In this document: piece after piece, positions 29,401 to 41,549 of the stretch | How positions within the stretch are numbered: position 1 is the first letter of the stretch | How the letters are laid out: each line of letters opens with the position of its first letter | Source of the DNA: Elsinoe ampelina | Taxonomy: Eukaryota | DNA: 64,000 bases | Direction of reading: 5' to 3' | Assembly (NCBI GenBank): GCA_010093995.1 | Contig: ML992504.1 | Span: 868,001-932,000 of the forward strand | Made by a program: the position numbers and the translations under genes | The notes under the pieces: generated by a model | What the model was told of the DNA's origin: nothing | The model's input: only the letters and a program-made list of their open reading frames with translations | Databases searched by the model: none

Positions 29401-30625
29401 TTTACTTATTAGGAATTAGTATACCTTCTAAATAGGAGATATAGTTTTTAATATTAATATCTAGTCTAAAGAATATAGTAATAGTATTTATAGTTATAAT
29501 AACCTAGTTATAGTAAAGTATATATATAAGAATTACTCTTCTAGTTTTAGCTTTTAGTATTAGTATAAAGGTTTTAATAAAGTTAATATTCTTCTTTTAA
29601 GTAAAGCTTCTTATAATTTAATAAGCTTTATATCTCTTAACTTTACTATTAATAAGCCTCTTAGTCTTAAAGACCTATTTATCTATTATTAGTTTAATAT
29701 CTTTTAGTACTTATAATTTTTTAATAATTAGAAAGGTTTTAGTATCTTTTAGAGTATTCTATTCTACTTCTATTATAGCTTACTAATAATACTCTTTAAG
29801 AGAAGATAGTACCTCCTTTACTATTTATAAGTCTAGTTTAAAGTTAATAACTATAGATTTAATAATTTTACTATTATTAAGTTTCTTATAATTAATTTAG
29901 TAATATATTCTAAAAGACCTTTTAATAGTTTTATATAGTAAAAGTAATCTCTTTTTCTTACTAATTAGAGGTTATATATTAAAAAATATAATAAGGAAAT
30001 TAATATTCTTATTTTAAGTATATATTAATAGTTAATTAACTTTAACTATAGAATTAAAGATAAAATATAATTTATTAATAACTTTAAGTAGTAATATTAT
30101 AAGGTCTTTACTTTTCTAGTTAGTATTATTAGATTACTTAGTAGGTTACTTCCTTTATTTATTAATAGGTTAGAGATCTATTTAAAGGTAATAATATTAA
30201 AAATAATAATATTATAAATACTTCTTCTATTCTTTAATAGGGGTAGATAGTTATTTAAGAGTTATAAGGTAGTTAAAGGTTAGCTATTTAGTCTAAGTAG
30301 TTTATAGGTTCTTATAACTAAAAGGTAGTTAATTATAGCTATAGCCTTTATAGTAATTACTATTAAATATCTACCCCTCTTAAAGCTATAAAGCCTTAAG
30401 TAGTTATACCTATAGAATATATAATTATTAGATAAGTTATATTACTTAATCTTTATAAACTATACCTTTATTAAAAGTAATATAAGGTAATATTAGAATC
30501 TTTCCTTTCTAAGCTTATTAAGTATAGTACTAATAGAGTATCTAGATAAGGTAATTAGTTTTAAAGTTAAATTATATTCTAATATACTATTTAAGTAGTA
30601 CTTTAGCTTAAAATTTATATAACTT
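26406..30625 (-). mobile_element. Ty1/copia LTR retrotransposon, 3' part (integrase C-terminus, RT, RNase H, 3' region), heavily RIP-mutated
   Basis: De-RIP motifs on the minus strand: K-F-W-A-E (~30600-30615), KGLYGLKQA (~29355-29385), VYVDDF (TAT ATT AAT AAT, ~29235-29250), RSKHIDLKE (~28453-28478), QLADILTK (~28368-28390). A PPT-like AGAGGGGAAG at 26497-26506 suggests a very short 3' LTR (~26406-26496; boundary uncertain). Confidence 0.88.
26864..27520 (+). pseudogene. Antisense accessory ORF of the copia element with a DUF3716-like Cys motif (RIP-degraded)
   Basis: One frame from ATA(=ATG) at 26864 contains only TAA/TAG stops. De-RIP 27371-27517 reads CTKCQ...GKFEQCVVVPGQFHGACVNCAYNSQYETCSL. 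Confidence 0.65.
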
Positions 30626-30740
30626 CGTTACGAAAATCCTAAGCCTAGAAAGCTAGAACTACTAGAACTACTAGAACTATAGAGTATTTTACTGTTATTA
30701 TACTAGGAGATCTAGTAGTTCTAGCTTTTCTACGCCTTAC
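30626..30740. repeat. Left TIR plus subterminal CTAGAACTA repeats, direct and inverted
   Basis: gctagaactactagaactactagaacta (30652-30679) and an inverted copy ctagtagttctagcttttctacgcc (30712-30736). Confidence 0.85.
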
Positions 30741-30959
30741 TAGGCCTACTAGACTCGCCGAGTGCCCACTTTAGAACTAGTTCGTCTACGGAAGTAGGTA
30801 ATTTATAGATATAGTAGGCCTATAAAGGTTCTAGGTTATAGGTTTCTATATTAATCTACTTTGTTAGCTAAATTAGATAGGAAGATTACTATATAAAATC
30901 TATAAGACTAGCACTATATAACTTAACTAACCTAGCTATTCTAACGTTAGTTATGTCCT

Positions 30960-33900
30960 TAGCTACCTTACTTCTTTTGCCTCTTTAAGCTATTTCTTCT
31001 TCTACGCTATATTCTAAAGCATGTTATATATATCGAAATCCGCTATGTTATTAATAAACTTAAGCAAGGAATCTTTAGAAGTATCTTTATCTACTAGTAT
31101 AACGTGTATAATTAAGTATACTTACGTTAGGGAGTATATCCGCCTACCTCTAAGCGTCCTACCTCTCTCTACTATAGTTAATACCTAGGGCTTAATCACT
31201 ATTATACCGTATATGTAGTTTGCCTTACTATCGTGCTTATAAGGCAGAAAAAGGTCTATAAGAACACTAGTGTACTATCGGTAGTAGAGTAGACTAGTAC
31301 CCTTAATGTCCTCTACTATTAGTATATAGCGTAGCTTTGCTAGTAACTTACTATCGAAAGCTAGTAACTTCTCTATCTACTCTTATAAACTAGGTGTCGA
31401 GCTAGATTACTATTCCTATACCTAGAGCTAGTTATATCTCTAGTTTCCCGGCCGGTTCTAATAGTGCTCGGCGTAATATATAAACACTTACTTCTTAGCG
31501 TTAGGATTATTAGTATTATTGCTAGATAGCTAATATATTTATAAAGCTATATAGAGCTTTACTCGTAATAGTAGAGTCTACTTCGAGTCTACTTCGAGGT
31601 AGTCTAACCTATCTAGATTACTAGTTCGTACTTCTCTAATGTCTTAATTGTCTTAATAAATAGTTTAATAATACTCCCGTAGGAAAACTATAATTATCTA
31701 GGACAGTAACGAGCCTTTTAGTATTAGAATAAGCCTCTCGAGCTTCTCTACTATTCGCTACTAATCTAGGCCCTTTAAAGGCATAGACTAATCTAAATAA
31801 GCCTATCTAAACGCTATCTATATGTCGATAGCCTAAGTTACTATAATAGGAGCTTCTAGCGCCTCTCTTCTATTAGCTAGAGTTAATATATATAGTATAA
31901 AGCTACTATTAAAGGCCAATTTAAGGCTAAGTAGATAACAATTATATACTATAACTTAGTTCTCCTATTTGTTCTTCTTGTTTGTTAGCTTAAATAGGTT
32001 CTTAATAAACTTAATATAGTTATACTTAGCATAATTAGAATTAAGGTTTAGAGCTATACTAAAGCGTTAGATAGCTTACACGAAATACGTTATAGTATAC
32101 TACTTTAGGAAGTTAAAATAACTTACTTTATCTCTAGTTTAACTATAATATAGATAGTAAATTTCCTTATATTTATTTAGATAGAAAAGAGTAAGATCTA
32201 TATACCTTAGTATATCTTTGTTATAGCTCTTATATATTATAAGTAGTATAAAGTCTACTAATACCCTTAGACAATATATAGCTTCCTCTACGTATATCTC
32301 GGCTAGGAGAGGAATAAATACTAGTAGAAGTTAATAGAGTAAGCTTTTTTACTTCTTTCTAGTCTATTACTTAATAGTAGAGAAGTAGCTAAACCTTCGT
32401 AGGCCTAGATACGCTAAAATGCCTATAAAACAGTAATTAATAATATTAAGTATATGTTCGGTAGAGGAGCACTTATGTCTAGTAATTCTAGTCTACTCTA
32501 TAGCTACCTTAAAGCGGCATATTTCTAGGGTAGGTATTCTGTCCTATAGTATTAAGGTTGTCTATCTAATAACATATATAAGTACGCTCTTTAAGAGCTA
32601 ATAGAGAATGTCTAGCACTATAGCCTTATAGATGTTAGTCTACTTATAGCTCTATATAAAGTAATTAACATTATATACTAAATCTACACTTACTATTACG
32701 CTTTACTACTATATTTAGATCTACCTCCGCGTAGATATATAAGTACGTAGCTCCGCTCTTACCTTAAGGTCTTCTCTTAGTTCTAGCTTAATTAGGCAAG
32801 TTATATAATAGCGAAGAGACTTAATACTAGTAATCTTAACCTACTCGGCGTAATCTATTATAATAGCTACTATAATTAGGAAACATCTTCTAGTACTACT
32901 ATCTAAATAGATAATATTAACGCCTTTACCTCTAATAATTTACTTAATTAGATTAAAGATCCTCTTTATACACTTATAATAAATAGTTACCTTCTATATT
33001 ATATTACTGTCCTTTATAATAGGTAAGAGCTCTACTAGAAGCTAGCTAGGCTAGGTATTTCTATTGTAGATATATAAAGGTATATTTCTAATAGAAAGGT
33101 AAATAGCGTAAATAGTAAAATCTCCTTAATAATTAGTTATCTAAGTTTAATCGCTTACGAGGATAAGTAGTATAATAGTAGTACTATTAATGTTTATATA
33201 CTCTTAAGCTTCCTACTACTAGTCTCCTAAAGCTAGGTTATTAAAAATTTGCCTAGAGGATTTACCTTCTACTACCTCTATAAACGTTTAAAACAGGCTA
33301 TATACTATATCGTCCTTAAAGCTATAGTACTAAAGAAAGAATTATATTATATCTATTACGTTTATATAGTAGAGAGTATAGCCTATAGCTCCTTAATTTA
33401 TAGGTAGTTAGAATAAAGTCTTTATCTATACTTCTATCTCCGAATAGTTGTCTAATTTATCTATTTAACTACAAAGTTTGTCTAATATCTTAAAACTAAG
33501 CTAATTAGTTAAAGGCTAAATATATAAGTTATATAGGAGATAGGTAATAGTATTCTTACTAATCTTCTCTTCGAAGAGCTATTAAGCAAATATAGTATCT
33601 ATTTTATTCCTAAAAACATAGCTATAGTCTAGATCGTCTATAAACTAGATATCTATCTTAGTAGACCTAGTCCTATAAGGGATTAGTGTTAGGAGTGTTT
33701 ATATATACTCTTTATAGTACTACCTATACTTATAGTATCTTCTCTACTCTTTAACTAGTAGCCTTCTTATACGTCTATATAAAGTAGACTAACCTCCTTA
33801 AAGAAGATAGCTAACTCTTCCTTATTAAGTTTACTAACGAAATAGAAAGAGTAGAGGCCGAGATATACTTTTCTACCCTCTCCTTCTTCTCTCTTATATA

Positions 33901-34302
33901 GTTCTCTCTATCGATACTATACTAGGGGCTAATAGTAGCCCCGTCTATACGTATAAAGCCTCTATCTACTTCGGTATTGCCTTTAGCGTCGAGGTAGACA
34001 CCTAGATAGAGAAAGTCTTATACTACTCTTTCTTTGCTTTATTTATCTATACCTCCTATCTATATATCTTCTCTACTGTTTAAAGATATTTCCTTCTTCT
34101 CTATCTAATATATCTATAGTATTTGTCTTATATATTAGTTAGATAGTTTAGTATATATACTACTAGTATTAATATAAGAATACCTTAGTCTAGCCTAAGC
34201 TAGTATAGGAGATTAGAAGGAAAGTTAAGGTAGTCTTAAGATAGACAGGAGAGAGAGTAGAATATCTAGCTACTACTACTATAAGGGTAGCTTAGTTAGT
34301 AT
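30960..34302 (-). pseudogene. Plavaka transposase (RIP-inactivated); 5' end approximate
   Basis: De-RIP ~33250-33020: IFNDLASGDWWWEAQE..DGATIVPLILASDQTQMTNHQGDFTVYAIYLSIGNIPSHIRN...LLVGLLP. ~32890-32790: RRCFPIVAAIMIDYAEQVKITGIKS.RC.TC. ~32415-32350: AYPGLRRF...KQWTGKE. C-terminal IVHVVP...FVNNIADFD. Confidence 0.88.
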
Positions 34303-34306
34303 AGCT
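33596..34306. repeat. Internal module A (5' part of the transposase gene); second copy at 40451-41160
   Basis: About 700 bp direct repeat, e.g. aactagtagccttcttatacgtctatataaagtagactaacc is present in both copies. Confidence 0.93.
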
Positions 34307-34699
34307 AGAGTAGAGTTAGAGAAGTTCCCGATACTAGATTTTTCCGTGCTATAGCTTTAGAGTTATTAAAGTATCTTTCGCTTATATCGACAGTAGTAGA
34401 GAAGGTGTCTATAGTATCTAGATAGAGTTATATATCTCTTTCTACACGCTTTATATTTACTAGTTACTACTATTATAGTTCGTTCTTGTCGTAAAGAAGA
34501 GAGAAGAAAAGTAGTAGGTTTTATAGTATTTATATATCTCTAACTTCTACTTCGAGCTAGTTCGGCGTTAGTTAGCACCTAGGAGTAATCTACTTTATTA
34601 TACGTGTAAATAATCTAATTCGAAAGGGGTAGGTAAGATACCTTACTACTATAATAAAATTTATTTTCTTAGTATATACTATACTAATCTTAATTAATC

Positions 34700-37600
34700 T
34701 TAATAGGTACTATGCTCTTTAAGTACTACTCTTAACTCTACTTTACTTTCTTAAATATCTTCTCTACTAATCTATAATAAGAATTTATCTATTCGTAGAT
34801 ATTATAGAAGAGAGATATTAAGATAAGTATAAAGGCCTTAGTAGTAGTACTTTTCTAAGACTCTATGTTTCTATAGACATAGCTAAGGTATTACATAATT
34901 CGGCGCCTAAGATATATCGTGTCTAGACTAATTATAGTATTAAATTGTAAGAGGTTAAAGCTAGTCTTAATATATGTTTCTTAGGTAACTAATACCTTTA
35001 ATTCTTCTTTCTTATCTATTGCTATATTAACTATCTCGCTATACTTTTATTAATTGCTAACCCTAGTTAATATAAGACAGACGTTATAGTTATTAAAGTA
35101 AATAAGCTTAGCCTCTTTACTCTCTTAGTACTAGGTAATATACTATATTAGTTAGTTAAAGCTATAAGGGCTAAAGGGATATAGGGACTTACTATATATA
35201 CTAGTATAACTATTATTAGCTTCTAGCTAAAGACTACTACTTGCCTCTTAATCTTCTTATTATACTTAGTGTTTTAGTTAGTTATAGCTACTAGAATTGC
35301 TACTAATACTTTTATCTAGAGACTTTTATAGAACCTATATATATACTACTAGAGGGTACTATTCTTTTTAGCTTTATATAGAGTATTAGCGTACCTTACG
35401 TTTATATTACTAATCTCTTTCTTAACCTTAGAGTGTTTATTATAGATATCTATTAAAGCGAGGAATATAGATAGTACTATAAGCTTGTCGACTATATCTA
35501 GAAAGGATATAGCTTTAGCTAGGCTCTTAAAGACCTTAATAACGTTAATCTCTTCCTTGTCTACTATTTTCTCTTCTCTCTTAAGGCGCCTCTTATTAAT
35601 CTTATTCTTCTAGGCCTTTCTAATCTTATCGAAGTAGTTCTTATAGGCGTAGCTAAGATTCTTATTATACTTAGAGTTAATTTAGATCTTAAGGTTATAT
35701 ATTATATATAGAGAGACACTTATAGTAGGTAATTCTAGCACCTTCTTAAACAGTAAATACATATATCTAGCGCTAACTATTAGTATAACCTTAGCTAGTA
35801 CCTTACTCTATTCTTAGTATAGCTAGTAAGTTTCCTTATCTATATCCTTCTTAGTTTTAGAATTATAGTTATTAGCGAAAGAGAGTATAGACTAGAAGTT
35901 ATTAATGTTCCTTGCCTATAATCTAATATATATAAAGTTAAGCTTATTTAGAATACTCTTCCTCTATTTCAAAGTACCTTCCTTAGGTACTATAGCTAGG
36001 TCGTTAGCTTAGTGTTTAGAGTTCTAATCTATAGCCTATACGTAGCTCTTTATAGGCTTTACTACTCTCTCTCTTTTATTATTAACCTTATATAGATTAT
36101 AGTACCGATATATAGCATAAATAAAGCTAGCTACAATGTTTAAGTATCTAGCTACTAGCGTATCGCTTATATATAATAGAAGAGAATTATTATAGAAGTA
36201 GGCTAACTTCTACTATACTAGCGTGTTATAAGATATAATAGAATAAAATTTGTTAAAGACAATAATTAAGGCTATAAGTTACATCTATAAAGAGGTGTTA
36301 TTAACCTTATATTTTCTTAACTAATTCCTCTCGAAAGTAATATATATTAGATAGTAGTAAATAGTTCTAGGTATAATAAAGACATATTAGTTATTTAGCT
36401 ATTTACCTCGAGGAAAGTTAGATTTAGAGTTAAGAAGTCTCTTAGTAGTAATAGTAGCCTTTAGAGTACTATCCTTGTTCTTTAGCTAGTAATACTACTT
36501 ATAGTAGCTCTCCGGTAAGTTATACTTTATAATAGTCTTATTTAGACTATAAGTATAGTTACTAAACATCTAAGTAATCTTTAATATACTTATTAAGCTC
36601 TAAGCTATAATAGTCTTCTTTCTCTCTACCTACGTAAACTTAAATAGCTTAAGTACCTACTACGTAAGTGTATTAGACTAGGTAATTATAAGGTTTAGTC
36701 TAAACCTCCTTAGGTCTAAGGTAGAATATCTTAGCTCCGGTATTAGAATTGTTACTTTACTATATATCTCTTATATCTCTAGGAATAGCTTCTTAACTTC
36801 TTAAGTCTCTTTAAGGTTACTAAGTATATTAGCTCTTTCTATAGTTAATACTAAAGCTATTACTATCTTACTAAGACCTATCTTATAAGCGAAGATAATA
36901 ATACTATATCCTTTAAGGTCTTACTTTAAGGCGTAAGTAATAGAATATATCTAGAGAGAGAGGATTAGGTATTTCTAATTCTAGCTAGTAAAGACAACTC
37001 TAATAGTTAGTAGATCTATGTCTAGCTTATAGCTAAAGAACTTATAGGTGTAGTCTTATAGCTCTTTACTATACTAATCTAGGACTTAACTTTTAGAGAT
37101 AAAGCTTCGCTAGTCTAGAGCTAGTTTATTACTATTTAGTTTTATAATGTTAGAGCTAGTAAGGAACTAGTTAACCTTATATATTATAATAGTTAGTAGT
37201 ATAGAAACTCTTAGTGTCTCTCTTATAGTAGTTCCTTTTATTATTATCTTCTCTAGTAATAGCTAGACTATATATAGATACTTCTCCTTACTTACTTTTT
37301 GTATTTTAATTTATTTAGGCGTAATAAGAACATCTACTAGAATATTTATAACATTAGTAATATCTTTATCTTTAGCCTCTTTCTCCTCTATATCTTTTAG
37401 CTCTTTTATACCTATAGTCTTTATAGTTTTAATAACTTCTATCTACTTTATAGTTTTAATATCTACTTTAGGAATTATAATATCTACTTTAAGTTCTATA
37501 TTATATTCGACCTTAGTTTAGGTTAGTAAAAGTAATAGCTACTTAATATCTAGAGGAAGCTAAAATTTATTATCTAGAGGAATATAAAATTCTTTATAGT
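34700..37600 (-). pseudogene. SNF2-family (SF2) helicase/ATPase cargo gene, RIP-inactivated; may extend further 5'
   Basis: De-RIP motif I IFAHEMGLGKTVMAL (~36895-36850), II IIVFDEFH (~36267-36244), III MSGTPV (~36171-36154), IV QVVVFGQ (~35245-35222), V ETGFNLSQFNTVI (~34968-34930), VI QCLGRVHR (~34893-34870), all in canonical order. Confidence 0.85.
34951..35354. repeat. Internal module B (helicase C-terminal domain); second copy at 41721-42098
   Basis: Shared ctctcttagtactaggtaatatactatattagttagttaaag and flanks. Copy 2 has a ~27 bp deletion. Confidence 0.9.
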
Positions 37601-39140
37601 GCTTACGAATATTAACTATTAATATTAGTATAGAAATATATAATGCTAAGTATACTTATAAAGAACATCGAGTATTACTTATTTAATTATAGTAATATCT
37701 ATATAGATAATAAAGAATATATTAAATATACTAACGGAGATATAAGATACTAGACCTAAGATAGTAGCGCCTATATCGTATATATCTTTAATAAGTATTA
37801 TATCGAATAGTTCGTTAGAGTCTATATAAAATAGTTTATTATTCTCTTTACTAAAATTCTAACCTTTAGCTAGCGTTAACTTTAGAGCCTCTAAGCTATA
37901 CTAGTAATGTCTAAATAATAAGCCTAGTTCTTTAACTAGTATTAACTATACCTTAATTATGCTTAGACCTCTAGGTTAAACTTCGAAGACTCTTATAACT
38001 ATAATATTAATATTACTAACAAGTTTATTAAAGGCAAGTAGCTAATAGAGGCAATTAACTTATTACTAGTATCTATAATTATAGTTACCTACGCTTATGT
38101 TTATACCTAATAGTATAGTATATAAGAAGTTCGGAAAGGAGCGTTAGGAATTATCGCTATTAGCCGAAGTTCTAGAGGTATATCTATATCTTAGAGGCTA
38201 GGAGTATTACTAGTAGTTATAGTCTTCTTCTCTTCTAAGATCTTACTACTTAGTATTCTTTACCTATAGAATAAATTTCTATATAGTATATTTGTTATTA
38301 AAGCTATTAACTCTACTTAAAGTACATTCTTAGAACTAGGTATAATTATAGCAGCTAGGACAATTAACAAAGAGATTTTTGCTTAGTTTAGTAATAAGCT
38401 TCTACTCGACCTAAACCCTAACTATCTTCTTCTAGGAGTTCTTATTAATATCTTTTAAGGGATTAAAGCCTAGCTCTCTATATATATTATACTACATAGT
38501 TCTAGTATACTTTATTACCTTCTTAAAGTTATCTATAGACTAGTTAAAGATGTTAGTAAAGCATTCTTTAGTCGGTAGTAAACCCTTTACTAGGTATATA
38601 TTAATTTTGTCTATAGTCTATTCCTTAGCTAGCTTTTTGCTAAAGTCGCTAGAATAAGAATTTAATACTATAATTGTATAAGCTTATACCGTAGGTAAAT
38701 CTTATAATAGCTATAGTTAAATAATAGGTAAATAGCTAATATACTTAATTATATATATATTTAAGAGGTATCCTTACGAAAAGCAAGAGTAGAGTAGAAG
38801 GTTAAAGATAATAAATAGTAACTAGTAAATAAAGAAGATATACTTAGAAGGTTATATAGTAGACTATATATTATAAGGTCTTTATTATTTTAGGAGAAAA
38901 GCTATAAGTAGTTAGAAAATCTATATAAAAGCTAGCTCGGCTACCGAAATAGATAGTAACTCGTATATAGCTATTAGCTATAAATTTAAAAGGTATATAA
39001 TAGAATATATCTATTTTATTACATAAAGTAGATAGTAAAGTAGGTATAGAGTAAGTGTCTAAGTTAAATCCAATTACTAAGGTAGTTAATATAGTTATAA
39101 TAGCAATAATAAGAGAGTTAAAGGAAGGATATAGAATTAC

Positions 39141-39795
39141 TAATAGCTTTATACTACTATCCTCTACGCGTATAGAAAGGGGAGGCAATAGCGATAGAAG
39201 CTAAAAGAGTAATATATTATAGATATACTATAGCTAGAGTATAATTACGACCTAGCTTGCTCTATAGTCCTATCTAGATTTAAAGTAGATATAAAAGAGA
39301 ATATAGAAAAGATAGACTATAATAATATATAGTATTAGAAGATACTATATACTAGCGATGCTAAACCTTATAATATTCTCTATACCTAGTAATATCTACT
39401 AGGTAGTATAAGCACTATTACTATAGCACACAAGTACTAGTTAGAGTATTAAGGTCGACTAGACAAAGAATAATATTTCTAGTCTAGGTAATTACTAGCT
39501 TAACTAGTATACTATCTATTATCTATAGCCTCTTCTCTCTACTATAGGTATACTAATCTATTAGTAGGGCATAGTATAGCTAGAGTAAGTATTCTATTCT
39601 ACTCCTTCTAGCCCTTCGAGTTTACTATATTATATGCCTCCTAGTCTATATATATTTATTCTTCTATCTACCTCTTCCTAGAAAGTATAGGCCTATCTAG
39701 ACAAAGGTTAAGTAGAAGTAAATAACGAAGTAGATATAGAGCTATCGAACTAGACAGCCTTATAGTAATATAAACGAGAGTAAGTAAATAACTTT
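39141..39795. repeat. Internal module C (unidentified); second copy at 45809-46463
   Basis: About 655 bp direct repeat, e.g. aaagaataatatttctagtctaggtaattactagcttaactagtatactatctattatctatagcc is present in both copies. Confidence 0.93.
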
Positions 39796-41549
39796 AATAA
39801 TACTATTCCGTTAGGTATAGACTAGTATAGTAACGTAGAGGTCGTCTAGTTACTAAAGGTTTAGTTAGTATTTTAGCCTATTTACTTTAGCTAAGAGCTA
39901 TATACGTCCGCCGGGATATAATACCTACTAATAGTAATTGTTATACTAAGAAACGGCAAAGTTAGTAGCTAGTAGCGTCTACTAACTTCCCCTTCGTAAA
40001 CTACTAGATAAATATCCTAGTAGTAGAAACCTACGTCTAAGAGAAAAGAATATACCCTTACTACCTACGAAGAATAGCCGTTATTAACTATAGAGAAAGG
40101 CCTCCCCTCTAACTTAGCTACTAGGTAGTATATTAGATAGCGAATCGAGTATTAGAGATCTACGTCTAGTTGTAAATTAGATACTATAACTAGAATAATA
40201 AGTAATTTATAGTACTCTACTAAAACTACTTAGTCTTAAAGATAGTACACGTGTTTTAATACTTTAGTAGTATAGTTATATTCCTACTAGTAGAGTGCTA
40301 CCTGTTTCGGTCGAGTATAAGTTACTATAATAGGTATTATAAAGATATTTAACCTTCTAATTCTAGTAATACTATAGAAAACACTTGTAGTTCTAAGCGT
40401 ATTATTATACTATAGATAGCTTACTACAAAGGTAATATAGTAACGGCCGGATTTATCTCCTTTCTAAAGACATAGCTATAGTCTAGATTAGCTATAAACT
40501 AGATATCTATCTCGGCGGACCTAGTACTATAGTAGATTAGTGTTAGGAATAGTTATATATACTTTTTACTATGCTACCTATACTTATAGTGCCTCCTTTA
40601 CTCTTTAACTAGTAGCCTTCTTATACGTCTATATAAAGTAGACTAACCTTCTTAAAGATAATAGCTAACTCTTTCTTATTAAGTTTGCTAATAAAGTAAA
40701 AAGAGTAGAGGCTAAGATATACTTTCCTATCCTCTTCTTCTTCTCTCTTATATAGTTCTCTCTACCGACGCTATACTAGAGGCTAATAGTAGCTCTATCT
40801 ACACGTATAAAGCCTCTATCTACTTTAGCGTTACTCTTGTTATTAAGGTAGATACCTAGATAGAGAGAGTCTTATACTACTCTTTTTTTGCTTTATTTAT
40901 CTATGCCTTTTATCTATATACCTTCTTATCTATTTAAAGATATCTCCTTCTCCTCTGTCTAATATATCTATAGTATTTGTCTTATATATTAGTTAGATAG
41001 TTTAGTATATATACTACTAGCGTTAGTATAAGAATGTCTTAGCCTAGCCTAAGCTAGTAGAGGAGATTAAGAGGAAAGTTAAGGTAGTCCTAAGATAGAG
41101 GAGAAAGAGAGTAGAGTATCTAGCTACTACTTCTATAAGGGTAATATAGTTAGTATAGCTATTATAGAATAAGAATAGAATAGAATAATAAAATAAGTTT
41201 TAATTGTTAGTTATCTACGAATAGAGAGTAAACCTATATAGTTATCTATAGTAGAGAAGATATCTATTATATTAAGATAGTATTTATTATATCTTTCCGT
41301 ATACTTCGCATTTACTAGTATAAACTATAGTAGTAGCTTATTAGTAAGGAGAAGCTATAAGGAGTTAAGTAGGAAGCGACATAGGTAGTTTCTCTAAGAT
41401 CTATTTTGTCTAAGCTTAGTAATAGTTTATAAATAGGTAGTGCCTACTTCGTTTTCTACTTTAGAAATATAAGAGTAAAAACTTTATTCTAATAATATCT
41501 ACTAAACCTCTTTACTAAAAAAGAGTACTACTATTTAAGCTCCTTACAT

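Noticed and set aside
38871..39188. Hydrophobic 105-aa ORF as a membrane protein
   Set aside because: The Ile/Leu/Tyr richness is the expected RIP artefact; it is a chance stop-free stretch inside the transposon.
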